Positions 29,031 to 39,164 of a DNA stretch of 64,000 nt are shown here, in pieces (positions within the stretch are counted from its first letter, which is position 1; each line of letters begins with the position of its first letter). Under the pieces are notes generated by a model that saw nothing but the letters and a program-made list of their open reading frames with translations, searched no databases and was not told where the DNA came from. The stretch covers positions 394,377 to 458,376 of the forward strand of contig JBAXTI010000001.1 of assembly GCA_037130265.1 (NCBI GenBank). Direction: 5' to 3'. Origin of the DNA: a bacterium. Its GTDB lineage: Bacteria > Patescibacteriota > Minisyncoccia > Phycocordibacterales > JBBTRF01. Position numbers and translations under genes: made by a program.

Positions 29031-30740
29031 TCAAAGGGTCATTTCTGGACGTTTTTCCACCAGCCATTTGAAAAATTGACTTGCTGCGGTAGTCGCACCG
29101 ACCGTGTTGGTAACTGGGCCTTTTTCCATGACAAAAACAAAGGCATAGCGAGGGCTTTTGTACGGGAAATAGCCAGAAAACCATGAATTAGTGAATTTTT
29201 TCTGCGCACCAATTTCAGCACTACCAGACTTCCCTGCCACCTCGATGCCCGGAATATTGAGGATCATCGATGTGCCCATGGTGACCGTCATACGCATACC
29301 CTCTTTCACCACACGGAAGGTCTCAGGTGAGACATCTAAGTGCTTGAAGGTGTTGTTGCCAGCAGTGCCGTCTTTCAGCAGTGTGACGTTCGGTACCACA
29401 CCATCATTGGCAATAGTGGCAACACCCACAAGCAGCTGAATCGGTGCCACCAGGGTACCGTATTGGCCGATAGCGGTGTGATAGGTGTCTCCAATGGTCC
29501 AAACCTCATCATCAAAATTCTCCCGCTTCCACTCAGGGTTCGGCACCACTCCATTCTTGCTGGTGAGCGAGCCAGCCTGCACAGATTCGCCAAATCCAAA
29601 AAGACGCATGTATTTTTCGATATTGGTGATACCAAGACCCTTTTGCTCCTTGTACCCACCACCCACTTCATAAAAATACACATCGGAGGAAACCGCAATG
29701 GCCGTACGCATGTCGGTCCAGCCATGGGCACGCCAGTCTCGGAAGACCGTTTGCTGAGTAGAGTCGTAAATGTTTTGGAGTGAAATCGAACCAGTACTCA
29801 AGATCTGCTTCGAAGGTTCGATGATTTTCTCCTGAAGTGCTGCGATAGCGAGGAACGGCTTCACCGTTGAGCCAGGAGCATACAGACCATCGACGAAACG
29901 GTCGAGGAAAGGATTATCAGGGTCCTTGAACAACGCATTGATCTGCTTTGAATCCTTGCCTTCAGTGAGCACGTTGCTGCTGAACGAAGGATAGTTGGTG
30001 ACAGCGATGATTTCACCAGTCTTCACGTCGAGTAGGCCTGCCGCACCTCCCTTGTAATTCGCTGTCTCCACCAAAGACTTCACCGCTTCATACATATGCT
30101 TCTGGATATCCGCATCGATCGAAAGCGCGAGAGGTAGGCCCGCTTGCGGCGGTCTGATAGTGTTTTCCGATTGTACCTTGCCCATCGCATTCGTCTCACT
30201 CAACTTCACACCATTCTCACCCGACAAAAGATCGTCATAGTATGCCTCGACACCACCCTTGGCGTCATACCGTTTTGAATAATAGTAACCGCTCGTGTCT
30301 TTGGACGGATACTTCACGTAGCCAAGCAAATGAGAAAAGGCTTGGGAATCGACATACTGACGCAAGGCAAAGTCCGTATTGTTGGGATTAGAAACATTCC
30401 ATGCGAGGGCCGTGCCGTTTCGATCGGTGATGGCACCGCGCTCAGCAAATACAGTGGTCTTGCGAAGACGATTGTTTTCACTCTTCGCCAAATAAGTGGC
30501 GCCCTGCGAGACTTGCAACTGGTATGCCCGAGCCGTATATGCCACACCGATGAGAGCAAAAAAGATCGCTAGAAAAAAAAGTGTACCGGTCGGGATCGGG
30601 CGCTCGATTCGACCTTCGAATTGCTGAGTATCAAGCTCCGAAAGATTTTTTGAGTCTAAGAAAATCTCATCAGGAAACACTTCCCGACCCTGAGAGATGC
30701 GCCTTGAGATACGACGCTGTTTTGAAAGCAGCCTAAACAT
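29031..30740 (-). CDS. mrdA: penicillin-binding protein 2 (elongasome transpeptidase)
   Basis: N-terminal TM; STVKP (SxxK), SSD, KSGSAE motifs; adjacent to mreD/C/B. Confidence 0.8.
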   Translation of the reverse strand: MFRLLSKQRRISRRISQGREVFPDEIFLDSKNLSELDTQQFEGRIERPIPTGTLFFLAIFFALIGVAYTARAYQLQVSQGATYLAKSENNRLRKTTVFAERGAITDRNGTALAWNVSNPNNTDFALRQYVDSQAFSHLLGYVKYPSKDTSGYYYSKRYDAKGGVEAYYDDLLSGENGVKLSETNAMGKVQSENTIRPPQAGLPLALSIDADIQKHMYEAVKSLVETANYKGGAAGLLDVKTGEIIAVTNYPSFSSNVLTEGKDSKQINALFKDPDNPFLDRFVDGLYAPGSTVKPFLAIAALQEKIIEPSKQILSTGSISLQNIYDSTQQTVFRDWRAHGWTDMRTAIAVSSDVYFYEVGGGYKEQKGLGITNIEKYMRLFGFGESVQAGSLTSKNGVVPNPEWKRENFDDEVWTIGDTYHTAIGQYGTLVAPIQLLVGVATIANDGVVPNVTLLKDGTAGNNTFKHLDVSPETFRVVKEGMRMTVTMGTSMILNIPGIEVAGKSGSAEIGAQKKFTNSWFSGYFPYKSPRYAFVFVMEKGPVTNTVGATTAASQFFKWLVEKRPEMTL

Positions 30741-30755
30741 TTCACTATTGTACCA

Positions 30756-31031
30756 TTAGCGGAGTTGGCGCTTGGCCAATGACAAAATAAAATACAGGAC
30801 GAGTGCGAGGAAAAAATATTGGTAGGAAAAGAAAGAGAACGCTTGATGCGGTGCATAGAGAGTGTCGATCATCAATCCAACACAGACCAACTCGATGAAT
30901 TCTTCAAAATAGAAAAAGGCCGAAACCGAAAGGATCAACGACACCCACCATGGAAACCAGCAGACCGCAGCGACCAGGCAGGCATCGGTAGCAATACGCC
31001 GCCAGAGTTCGTTATTGCGGTCTTTGGACAT
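30756..31031 (-). CDS. mreD: rod shape-determining protein MreD-like small membrane protein
   Basis: Small hydrophobic protein between mreC and mrdA; start uncertain. Confidence 0.45.
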   Translation of the reverse strand: MSKDRNNELWRRIATDACLVAAVCWFPWWVSLILSVSAFFYFEEFIELVCVGLMIDTLYAPHQAFSFFSYQYFFLALVLYFILSLAKRQLR

Positions 31032-31824
31032 ACAAGAAGTGTGTTTGGGAAGCGTTGTGCGGACTGCGAACGCGCGCGATCTCGAGCGACTTGGCGACAT
31101 CTGTCTCGATGGTACCAACAGAGCCGAGTACGAGAGTCGGGCTGCCAGGGACCATGATCAGGTCGCCTTCCTTGATCCCGCTGTCGTGCGGCAATTTCAC
31201 GATGAAATTGCCGCCCCCTTGACCGGTCGCCTTAGTAAAAAAGCGCCTCTCACCAGCTTGCACCGCGATCTCTTCATTTGGATGCGAATACAGCTGAACT
31301 AAAGCAGTCGAAGCATACACCTCAGCAACATAGCCAGCCGCTGTTGTGGAAGAAAAGTACACTTGGGCATTCTGCTTCACGCCGAGGTTGGTACCTGCAT
31401 CAATGATCAATGTATCGTACGCCGATACGCCTGGCGCACTGAGAGTGGCGACAAGCAGCGCACTGCGATGATTGGTGCGACCAAATGCCGCCTTTAGCTC
31501 GTCGTTCTCCGCCTGGAGCGCTTGATTCAAAAGAATGGCTGCAGCCTGCTCTTGGACCTTTTGGTTGAGCTGTGCATTTTCATTGAGAAGATCGGTCTTC
31601 GATCGGATATTGGTGAGAGCAGAATCGGCCGTGCCCGTCACATATTCCTGAACAAACCAAAAAGGCCGAGCGATGAGAGTAAACAAATCCTTAAATGGTG
31701 TCGCTGAAAAGGTCGCGGACATAGCCACGACAATAAGAAAAGCCGCAACAATACCGAATAGGCGTTTCGGTCCAGGACGAAACCGGCGACCGCTCCCGAG
31801 ATTAGTTTTGCGGAGGAAGCTCAT
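31012..31824 (-). CDS. mreC: rod shape-determining protein MreC
   Basis: N-terminal TM, coiled coil (NENAQLNQKVQEQ...LQAENDELK), beta-rich C-domain; context. Confidence 0.8.
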   Translation of the reverse strand: MSFLRKTNLGSGRRFRPGPKRLFGIVAAFLIVVAMSATFSATPFKDLFTLIARPFWFVQEYVTGTADSALTNIRSKTDLLNENAQLNQKVQEQAAAILLNQALQAENDELKAAFGRTNHRSALLVATLSAPGVSAYDTLIIDAGTNLGVKQNAQVYFSSTTAAGYVAEVYASTALVQLYSHPNEEIAVQAGERRFFTKATGQGGGNFIVKLPHDSGIKEGDLIMVPGSPTLVLGSVGTIETDVAKSLEIARVRSPHNASQTHFLYVQRPQ

Positions 31825-32863
31825 CTTCGTTTTGGATTAAGACGCCTTCGTATAGAGGGAGATTTTCAAGAATAATGCCTGTACCGCGAGCGACGGCAGT
31901 GAGTGGATCTTCTGCAATGTGCACCGGGATGTTGATGTGCTGCTGAATGAGCTCGCCAATACCACGGAGGAGTGCACCTCCTCCCACCACATGTACACCA
32001 CGATGCATCACGTCGGACACGATCTCAGGTGGCGTCGTCTCAAGCACCTCTTTCACAGACTCCACAAGATTGTCGATAGACTGGGAGATCGCTTCGCGCA
32101 CATCACCATCGGTGATCACCACTTCCCGAGGCAGGCCGGTCACGAGATCGCGCCCCTTCACCGAAGATTCGAGCGGCGCGTCGCCAGGGATCACAGAGCC
32201 AATCTGAATTTTGATCTGTTCTGCAGTCTTTTCGCCAATGAGGATTTTAAATTCACCGCGGATATAGCTAATGATGTCGTTGTTGAGCTTGTCGCCAGCG
32301 ATCTTGAGAGTCTTCGCACGCACAATACCGCCGAGCGAAATCACCGCGATATCGGTAGTGCCACCGCCGATGTCGATAATCATACTTCCCACAGGGTCAT
32401 TCACCGGCAAACGAATACCGATCGCTGCGGCCATCGGCTCCTCAACGATATACACCTCGCGCGCACCGCTGTTTTTGGTCGCATCACGCACGGCTCGAGT
32501 CTCCACGTTGGTGATGCCATATGGAACACCCACCACCACGCGTGGACCGAGCAGTTTCTTTGCGGACTGTTGAGCCTTGTTAAGAAGGTACGAAATCATT
32601 TCCTCCGTCACTTCGAAATCCGACACCACACCATCCACCAGCGGCTTCACCGCCTTGATATGCGGAGGCGTGCGGCCGAGCATCTGCTTGGCCTGCGTAC
32701 CCACTGCTACGACTTGACCAGTCTTTTCATTCACCGCCACCACCGACGGCTCGTTGATGATGATCCCCTGCCCGCTCATGTACACGAGCGTGTTGGCAGT
32801 ACCGAGATCGATGCCGATATCGTGAGAGAGGAAATGATTCAGTTTTTTAACAAGTCTTTTCAT
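31802..32863 (-). CDS. mreB: rod shape-determining protein MreB
   Basis: IGIDLGTANTLVY, GGGTTDIAVISLGGIV, VVGGGALLRGI actin-fold motifs. Confidence 0.9.
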   Translation of the reverse strand: MKRLVKKLNHFLSHDIGIDLGTANTLVYMSGQGIIINEPSVVAVNEKTGQVVAVGTQAKQMLGRTPPHIKAVKPLVDGVVSDFEVTEEMISYLLNKAQQSAKKLLGPRVVVGVPYGITNVETRAVRDATKNSGAREVYIVEEPMAAAIGIRLPVNDPVGSMIIDIGGGTTDIAVISLGGIVRAKTLKIAGDKLNNDIISYIRGEFKILIGEKTAEQIKIQIGSVIPGDAPLESSVKGRDLVTGLPREVVITDGDVREAISQSIDNLVESVKEVLETTPPEIVSDVMHRGVHVVGGGALLRGIGELIQQHINIPVHIAEDPLTAVARGTGIILENLPLYEGVLIQNEDELPPQN

Positions 32864-34139
32864 TCTGTGTGTTTCGCGACAGTCGGGCCAGAAGCTCGGC
32901 CTGCGTAATCTTCTCTACCGGACGCTCACCAACTGCATTCGCACGACGAGGCTTGTATTCCACCACACCCTCCGCCAAAGTCTTTTCACTAAGCACCACT
33001 CGGTGTGGCAAACCCAACAGATCGGAATCAGCAAATTTCTCTCCCGGTCGAGCATCGCGGTCGTCATACAAAACGTCGATGCCTTTTTCGGTGAGCGCAT
33101 TGTACAGCTTTGTCGCCTCCTCCGCTACTTTTCCCGCTTTGTCGGCAATTGCGATCAAATGCACACGGAACGGCGCGACAGCATCCGGCCACACGATACC
33201 ATCAGCATCCGAGAGAACCTCCACCACTGCTCCCATGAGTCGCCCGAGACCAATACCATAGCAGCCCATGATGACGTTCTGCTTTACACCCTTCTCGTCG
33301 ACAAACTTCAACTCAAGTGGCTCAGAAAACTTCGTACCGAGACTGAAAATGTTTCCTACCTCTACAGCCTTCTCTTCCACGAGATTCTCACGCTTGATTC
33401 CGAGCTCATTGAGTACCTCATCAACAAACACTTCTTTGTTCACCGCAATCCCCTTCTTTTTGTCCAGATAAATAACATCCTCGCCGGCACTCGTGAGGGT
33501 CTGAAACTCGTGAGAATATTTTGAAAACGAACCACCTGATGCAAAAGTAATGAAGGTTCGATCACCGAGTCCCGTCCGCTCATAGATTCGCTTGTATGCG
33601 AGCTTGGCTTTTTCATAGAAAGCATCGTGCTCCTTGATATCACGAGAGAAAGAGTAGAGATCTTTCATGAGGAACTCGCGGCCGCGCATAATACCGCTCT
33701 TCGCGCGCGCTTCGTTGCGAAACTTGGTCTGAATCTGGTATGCGGAAAATGGCAGGTCGCGGAATGACTGCACATAATTTTTCAAAATCGACACGAGCGC
33801 TTCTTCGTGCGTACTCGCGAGTCCAACCTCGCTACCGTTCTTCAATTCGGTCTTAAACCAATTATCAATCACTGTATCGCTCCATCGGCCCGTCTTTTCC
33901 CAGCTCGCTTTGTCTTGCAACGAGGTCATAAACACCTCCTGTCCGCCGATAGCGTTTATTTCCTCGCGAATGATGTTGCCAATCTTGTTGAGCACACGGA
34001 GACCGAGTGGCAAATACGAATACACCCCCGCCATCTCTTTGTGGATGTAGCCGGCGCGGATGAGCAGCTGCGCATTTCGAGAAACCTCGTCTTTTGGGGC
34101 TTCTTTGCGTGTTTTTGAGAAGAGTTGTGATTGCTTCAT
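32847..34139 (-). CDS. proS: proline--tRNA ligase (short form without editing domain)
   Basis: QSQLFSKTRKEAP....SRNAQLLIRAGYI....GVYSYLPLGLRVL.K; class II core; about 430 aa. Confidence 0.85.
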   Translation of the reverse strand: MKQSQLFSKTRKEAPKDEVSRNAQLLIRAGYIHKEMAGVYSYLPLGLRVLNKIGNIIREEINAIGGQEVFMTSLQDKASWEKTGRWSDTVIDNWFKTELKNGSEVGLASTHEEALVSILKNYVQSFRDLPFSAYQIQTKFRNEARAKSGIMRGREFLMKDLYSFSRDIKEHDAFYEKAKLAYKRIYERTGLGDRTFITFASGGSFSKYSHEFQTLTSAGEDVIYLDKKKGIAVNKEVFVDEVLNELGIKRENLVEEKAVEVGNIFSLGTKFSEPLELKFVDEKGVKQNVIMGCYGIGLGRLMGAVVEVLSDADGIVWPDAVAPFRVHLIAIADKAGKVAEEATKLYNALTEKGIDVLYDDRDARPGEKFADSDLLGLPHRVVLSEKTLAEGVVEYKPRRANAVGERPVEKITQAELLARLSRNTQNEKTC

Positions 34140-34177
34140 AGGCTGAATAATACAGCAAATAGGCCCTGTCTGCGAGC

Positions 34178-34206
34178 TTGACTTTATATTCAAAATATGC
34201 TAATAT
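34178..34206 (+). promoter_or_regulatory. sigma70-type promoter TTGACT-17-TAATAT
   Basis: cttgactttatattcaaaatatgctaatatg, about 110 nt upstream of the ATG at 34320; the leader holds two short hairpins (ggcac gtgt gtgcc; gcgggg ctagaaa ccccgc). Confidence 0.5.
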
Positions 34207-34319
34207 GCAAATCAAACGTCAGTAAGGGGGCACGTGTGTGCCGCACCCGTTGACATCGGTCAAATACGCAGAAAACAACCCGCGGGGCTAGAAACCCCGC
34301 ACGCAGAAAGAACACGCAT

Positions 34320-35777
34320 ATGATCAACGTCCTCTTTGTCTTGGCCACCATTGGTGTGGTCGTCTTCCTCTACAAGTTCGCGAAAGCAATACTGGCGCCG
34401 GGAACGCATTCGAAAACGCTCATCTGGAGCGGATTCGGAATCGCTGTTGCCGCCATCATCGTTGGACACCTGCACTATTGGACCTCCGAGGTCCGGAATG
34501 GTCAGATGAGCAAGGACCTCGCCAATACCGCATCGGTGCTGGACCACCTCGCCAACGAGAACAAGGCCCTCAAGCCGCTCGTGACAAACGCTGCCGCCCT
34601 ACTCAAATTGGACAGCCGCGTCGAACTTGCTGACGCCAAGGCCGAAAAAGCCATGACTCAGATCGCCGAATTCAGTGAAGCTACGGTGACTGCGCTGAAT
34701 AAGATGTCAACAAACATCAATCAACGCATTGACGAGCGCCTCGCGGCATTACGACTCCAACAAGAGCGGTCTTTGGCAGTGTCACGGCCACCCCATGCCG
34801 ACAGTCGTGTCATCCCGAACTTGACGCTGCCGCCCATCAACGATCCAGTGACGGCTCCGCCCACAACGCCGCCGCCGACACCCTACGTGGCTGCCGGTGT
34901 GACGGTTCCACCGGGATATGTCATTCAGCGCGACAGTTCGTCTGAGCTCGCAAAAATGGAGCGTGCCATTGTGCAGTTCCAGGCAAACCAAAAGAATACC
35001 CAACGTGCGCAGCAGACCGCAAAAGTCAGTCAGAAGAGTGCCGCACAGACCGCGGCTCGTGCCGGAGATTTGGCGGTCGTCGCCAGCAAAGGCATCGAGC
35101 GTTTGAGTGCGCGTCAGGACAAGACTGATGTGGCTCTCGAAGAGATCAAGAAGTCCCTTGAGCGCCTCCACAAGGTTCTCGGGGACCCAAAGACCTCGCT
35201 CAACAGCCCAACTCCTGCAGAAACAGCCGAGGATGCACTCCCTCCGCACCCGGATTTCGTCGCCTTGCAGGCCTCTGGCCCACAAGCGACGAATCCCTCG
35301 GCGGCCAGCACTGCTCAGCCGCCAGTCACGGCACTTGAGACGGGAGACGTCTCGTTCGCCATCACCAACGCCGTTCCGGTGCGGGCATGGAAAAAAGTAG
35401 TCGGCTTCATGCCCTACTGGAGCGAGACAGTGACGATGACCTACGAGGTCGCCGCAACGGTCAAGGCCACCAACAATGTGGTGATGGCCCGGAACGTGCT
35501 CGCCGCGATCGTGAGCGAGTTCCACAAGTCACACGGTGGGAGCTTCGCCGCGAAAGACCCCAACGACAGTAAGGTGCACGACGAACTCGTGCTGGCCTTC
35601 GGGGAAGCCAAGAAGAAGGTTCTTCGCGGCAACCCTGGATGGGAGCACATGCTCATCCATCCGCGGTATCGGGTCAGCAACGGTGTCGCCATGAAGACCT
35701 CCGCCGAGACATCGAGCGCCAACCCTAGCACCGAGCACACGGTCTTCCTGCCACGGCAACCATTGCCGCGGCCCTAA
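34320..35777 (+). CDS. hypothetical membrane-anchored Pro/Ala/Thr-rich protein
   Basis: Two N-terminal TM helices, coiled-coil segment, PPTTPPPTP linker; appears compositionally GC-rich (by eye). Confidence 0.4.
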   Translation: MINVLFVLATIGVVVFLYKFAKAILAPGTHSKTLIWSGFGIAVAAIIVGHLHYWTSEVRNGQMSKDLANTASVLDHLANENKALKPLVTNAAALLKLDSRVELADAKAEKAMTQIAEFSEATVTALNKMSTNINQRIDERLAALRLQQERSLAVSRPPHADSRVIPNLTLPPINDPVTAPPTTPPPTPYVAAGVTVPPGYVIQRDSSSELAKMERAIVQFQANQKNTQRAQQTAKVSQKSAAQTAARAGDLAVVASKGIERLSARQDKTDVALEEIKKSLERLHKVLGDPKTSLNSPTPAETAEDALPPHPDFVALQASGPQATNPSAASTAQPPVTALETGDVSFAITNAVPVRAWKKVVGFMPYWSETVTMTYEVAATVKATNNVVMARNVLAAIVSEFHKSHGGSFAAKDPNDSKVHDELVLAFGEAKKKVLRGNPGWEHMLIHPRYRVSNGVAMKTSAETSSANPSTEHTVFLPRQPLPRP

Positions 35778-35872
35778 GCCCGGCACACGCAGAAACACAA
35801 CTCCCTTGGACGCTCACGCGACCAGGGGTTTTCTTTTTGCCTGTTATGCGGGTTTTCTCACCGCACTAGTCA

Positions 35873-37060
35873 CTATTTCATCACCAACTTCACAATATCG
35901 TGATACGCGATCACAATCATGAGCAATATCAAAAGAAGGAAGCCGAGACCATTGAGCCAATTGGCGATGATTGGCTTGATCGGTCGGCGGATGACCGCTT
36001 CAATACACACAAACAAAATACGTCCACCGTCGAGTGCTGGGAACGGCACAAGGTTGAGCAATGCGAGATTGATAGAAATAAATGCAGTGAAAGACAGAAG
36101 GTACGCGACGCCGAGCTCTCGCGCTTCGCCGACCTGACTAGCGATGCCCACTGGACCGCTAACCTGATTGATATCCGCCTTGCCAGTGAAGACTTGTCCG
36201 AGGAAGTGCGTGATCTGCTCGGCAGTCATTACGACAATATTTTTTGTGAAAAATACCCCCTCCCACAAGGCGCGATGCCAAGGCAATTTCAATGTACCGA
36301 CCTCATCCATCACGATACCAATAGTGGCGCGAGTCATCACTTCCGATGACTTGTTAATCCGCGGCGTAACTTCGAGCAATGCATTCCCAGTTGCCGTTTG
36401 CGTTTGTCCAACACGCTTCACGAGCACAGAAATTGGTTCGTCTGGATGGAAACCAATGAGGCGGCGGACACTTTCCGGTGTCACCCCACTGCCACGGAGT
36501 ACTTCTTTTGGGGTATGACCATCGAGTCCAACAGTATCGCCGGGCACTTCAGGTGCTACCTCCAAATATACGAGAATATCACCGGGAAGTAAGCCGGCCG
36601 CGGCGGCCGGCGATCCTGGCACCACCTCGCGCACCACTGTTTTCGCATCCTGCACCGCATCCGCATAGCTGTCTGCCACCGACACCGGCAAACCAACCAT
36701 GAAACCGGCCGAGATGAGCAACCACGCAAACAAAATGTTCATCACTATCCCAGAAACAAGTACGAGCACCTGCGCGTATTTCGGCTTGTTGACCAAGCTA
36801 CGTTTTTTCTCCGGACCTTTCAGTGAAGCTTCGTCAGGATTTTCACCAAAGATCTTCACGTAACCACCGAGCGGCAACAGATTGAGTGCGTAGGTTGTCT
36901 CTGATCCTTTTGGCTTCCACGAGAAAAGACGTGGTGGAAACCCAAGCGCAAATTCATCGACACGCACCCCAAACGCTTTCGCCATGAGAAAGTGTCCCAG
37001 CTCGTGCACAAACACGAGCGCCCCGAGGATGAGAATGAAAATGAGGATGGTCATGAACAC
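35873..37060 (-). CDS. rseP: RIP metalloprotease RseP (site-2 protease, M50)
   Basis: HELGHFLMAK HExxH in TM1, PDZ domain, C-terminal TM; LDGG motif. Confidence 0.85.
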   Translation of the reverse strand: MFMTILIFILILGALVFVHELGHFLMAKAFGVRVDEFALGFPPRLFSWKPKGSETTYALNLLPLGGYVKIFGENPDEASLKGPEKKRSLVNKPKYAQVLVLVSGIVMNILFAWLLISAGFMVGLPVSVADSYADAVQDAKTVVREVVPGSPAAAAGLLPGDILVYLEVAPEVPGDTVGLDGHTPKEVLRGSGVTPESVRRLIGFHPDEPISVLVKRVGQTQTATGNALLEVTPRINKSSEVMTRATIGIVMDEVGTLKLPWHRALWEGVFFTKNIVVMTAEQITHFLGQVFTGKADINQVSGPVGIASQVGEARELGVAYLLSFTAFISINLALLNLVPFPALDGGRILFVCIEAVIRRPIKPIIANWLNGLGFLLLILLMIVIAYHDIVKLVMK

Positions 37061-37066
37061 AAAAAA

Positions 37067-37618
37067 CTAACTCTGAATCTCCAGCTCTTTCTTCGCACGG
37101 ATGTCGTCAAACTTCTTGTTCGCTTCGTCCACCAACTTCTGCACCTCCTTCAGCATGCGCTTTGCCTCATCTTCCTGCATGGTACCGGTCTTTTCCTGAG
37201 TCTCGAGATCCTTCACCACAGGCTCGCGCTCCTTTCGCAAAGAAATACGCGCCTCTTCGAGCTTCTCTTTGGCCAATTTGATAAGCGCAGTACGACGCTC
37301 CTCAGTGAGAGATGGGAATGACGCACGCACCCCTTTTTCATCAGTACGGATCGACAAGCCAAGCCCAGATGCAACCAGCGCCTTTTCAATTTCCTTGATC
37401 AGCGATGCGTCCCACGGCGCGATGCGTAGCGACTTCGAATCCTCGATCGCAATACTCGCCACCTGTGAGACCGGCATCATTGAGCCATATGATTCCACCA
37501 TCACATTGTCGAGCACAGCAGGGCTAGCTTGGCCAGTACGAATAGACGTGTATTCTTTGCGAAGCCAGTCTTCGGTGTGTTTGATCTTGTCTTTAAACGG
37601 TGCAAAATTGTATGCCAT
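37067..37618 (-). CDS. frr: ribosome recycling factor
   Basis: L..I....E.AL..SGLGLS.......R...P.LTEERR..L.K.AK...E.A.I..R..R is the RRF signature. Confidence 0.9.
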   Translation of the reverse strand: MAYNFAPFKDKIKHTEDWLRKEYTSIRTGQASPAVLDNVMVESYGSMMPVSQVASIAIEDSKSLRIAPWDASLIKEIEKALVASGLGLSIRTDEKGVRASFPSLTEERRTALIKLAKEKLEEARISLRKEREPVVKDLETQEKTGTMQEDEAKRMLKEVQKLVDEANKKFDDIRAKKELEIQS

Positions 37619-37766
37619 AGTGGAACAATCATAGCAAAAATCGGAATATTCGAAAAGGTCGTGCCGGCCATGTGAAAAAACGTGCAAAAAGAAAACCCCT
37701 GTGGCACGCGTGGTGCACAACAGGGGTTGAACGAGAATTCCTTCTCGCGGAGGGGCGACGAATCGC

Positions 37767-38219
37767 CTATTTCGGTGGAGGATTGCTCTGCGCGGCACTC
37801 AACGGAGTGAGTTCGAAGCGGATACTGTGTGAGTCCAACTGCTTGAACCCGCCAGTGAAGCCCTCATATACGAACGAGCCCATCTTCAGCACTCCGAAGA
37901 TATTGTCGACAAAGGCGATTCTGGTCGCCCGCCAATTCATCTTGGAGGTGACCTTCACCTGCATATCGCGATAGCCCGCCTTGCGCACCGAGATATCATA
38001 CGGGCCACCACTCTTATCGAGCTTGATGACCGCGTAGGACTTGGTGCTTAGGAGCACGTTGTTCAGGTAGATCCGCGATTGCGGCTGGTCCACCGAGATC
38101 GTGACCTCCTCACCCTTACCGACCGTCATCGTCTGGCAGGCGGTGAAGGTGACGAGTGCGACTGCCGCAAAGGCAATAAAGGCCGCGGCACGGAGGAGGC
38201 CAACGAGTTTCAGTTTCAT
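37767..38219 (-). CDS. hypothetical lipoprotein
   Basis: Signal peptide with lipobox-like LVTFTAC. Confidence 0.45.
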   Translation of the reverse strand: MKLKLVGLLRAAAFIAFAAVALVTFTACQTMTVGKGEEVTISVDQPQSRIYLNNVLLSTKSYAVIKLDKSGGPYDISVRKAGYRDMQVKVTSKMNWRATRIAFVDNIFGVLKMGSFVYEGFTGGFKQLDSHSIRFELTPLSAAQSNPPPK

Positions 38220-38416
38220 AATTGCAAAGGGCCAACAAACAACCGCCACAGAGAGCCGACCGAACAACGGTCGAAAAGGTGAAAACCCTCTGTTTTAGGC
38301 TGAGCTATCAAGGTTTCAAGGCTTGAAGAACTTCCTGTATTCTCGCATAAATAAGGCTATTTGTCAATAGCTACACGCGCCACCGCCGCCGCTGGGACCG
38401 CATGCCAAGATATGGC

Positions 38417-39124
38417 TTATTTCAAGGTTATACAAAGATATTCCAAGATCATTTTAATGCTTGCCGAACGATCGCTTAGATAGCTCCGCATCGCAAGCAA
38501 TTCCTCAAGCTCCGGACGATGCTCTGCGACGTCTTTAGCGCTTTTTGACAACTTCTTGATCAAGGCATCGACAAAAGCAAGAGCGCCTCTCTTGTCCTTT
38601 TCTTCGACAAGCGGCTTAATGAGCGTCATCCGCTTCCCTTTCGAGGCCGCGAGAAACTGTTCGACCGATTGCTCTACACTTTTTTCGACTTCCCCGTTTC
38701 CTGTGGCGGCATTGTTTTGCGGATCAGCAGGAACAATGACAAGACGCGATCGCAGCGTCGGCAACAACGTCTCAACAGACGGCATCAGCAGAAAAAAATG
38801 TGTGTCGGCGGTCGGATCTTCAAATACCTTGAGCAATGCATTCTGCGCTTCGTGTGTGATCGTATCCGTAGAAATGACAAACACCTTCTTTGCACCAACA
38901 TTAGCCGCGGAACGCTGCTGCATCTCTTTTATCGTGCGCGCTTCATCGATACCAAGCGATTCATATTGACCATGCCAAAAATCTGGATTGCCATGCGTCG
39001 ATATTGCGAGATGCTTTTCAAGGAAGGTGAAAAAAGGGGCGTGCCCAGAAGCACTCACTCCAGAAATACAATAGGCATGATGGAGTGCGTCGCGGTGGAT
39101 GTGTTTCGAAAGATCCTGTTTCAT
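38417..39124 (-). CDS. holB: DNA polymerase III delta' subunit-like (HolB)
   Basis: HAYCISG..GHAP..F....G.DE.R.I.......A.V..KKVFVI...D..T.EAQNALLKVFEDP....FFLL......LLPTLRSRL. Confidence 0.65.
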   Translation of the reverse strand: MKQDLSKHIHRDALHHAYCISGVSASGHAPFFTFLEKHLAISTHGNPDFWHGQYESLGIDEARTIKEMQQRSAANVGAKKVFVISTDTITHEAQNALLKVFEDPTADTHFFLLMPSVETLLPTLRSRLVIVPADPQNNAATGNGEVEKSVEQSVEQFLAASKGKRMTLIKPLVEEKDKRGALAFVDALIKKLSKSAKDVAEHRPELEELLAMRSYLSDRSASIKMILEYLCITLK

Positions 39125-39164
39125 TTATATAAAAAATCATGACGACCCTTTCGGACGCTCTGCG

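Noticed and set aside
34782-35525. 247-aa minus-strand ORF (Arg/Gly/Cys-rich)
   Set aside because: Antisense within the GC-rich gene 34320..35777; the composition is typical of a shadow ORF.
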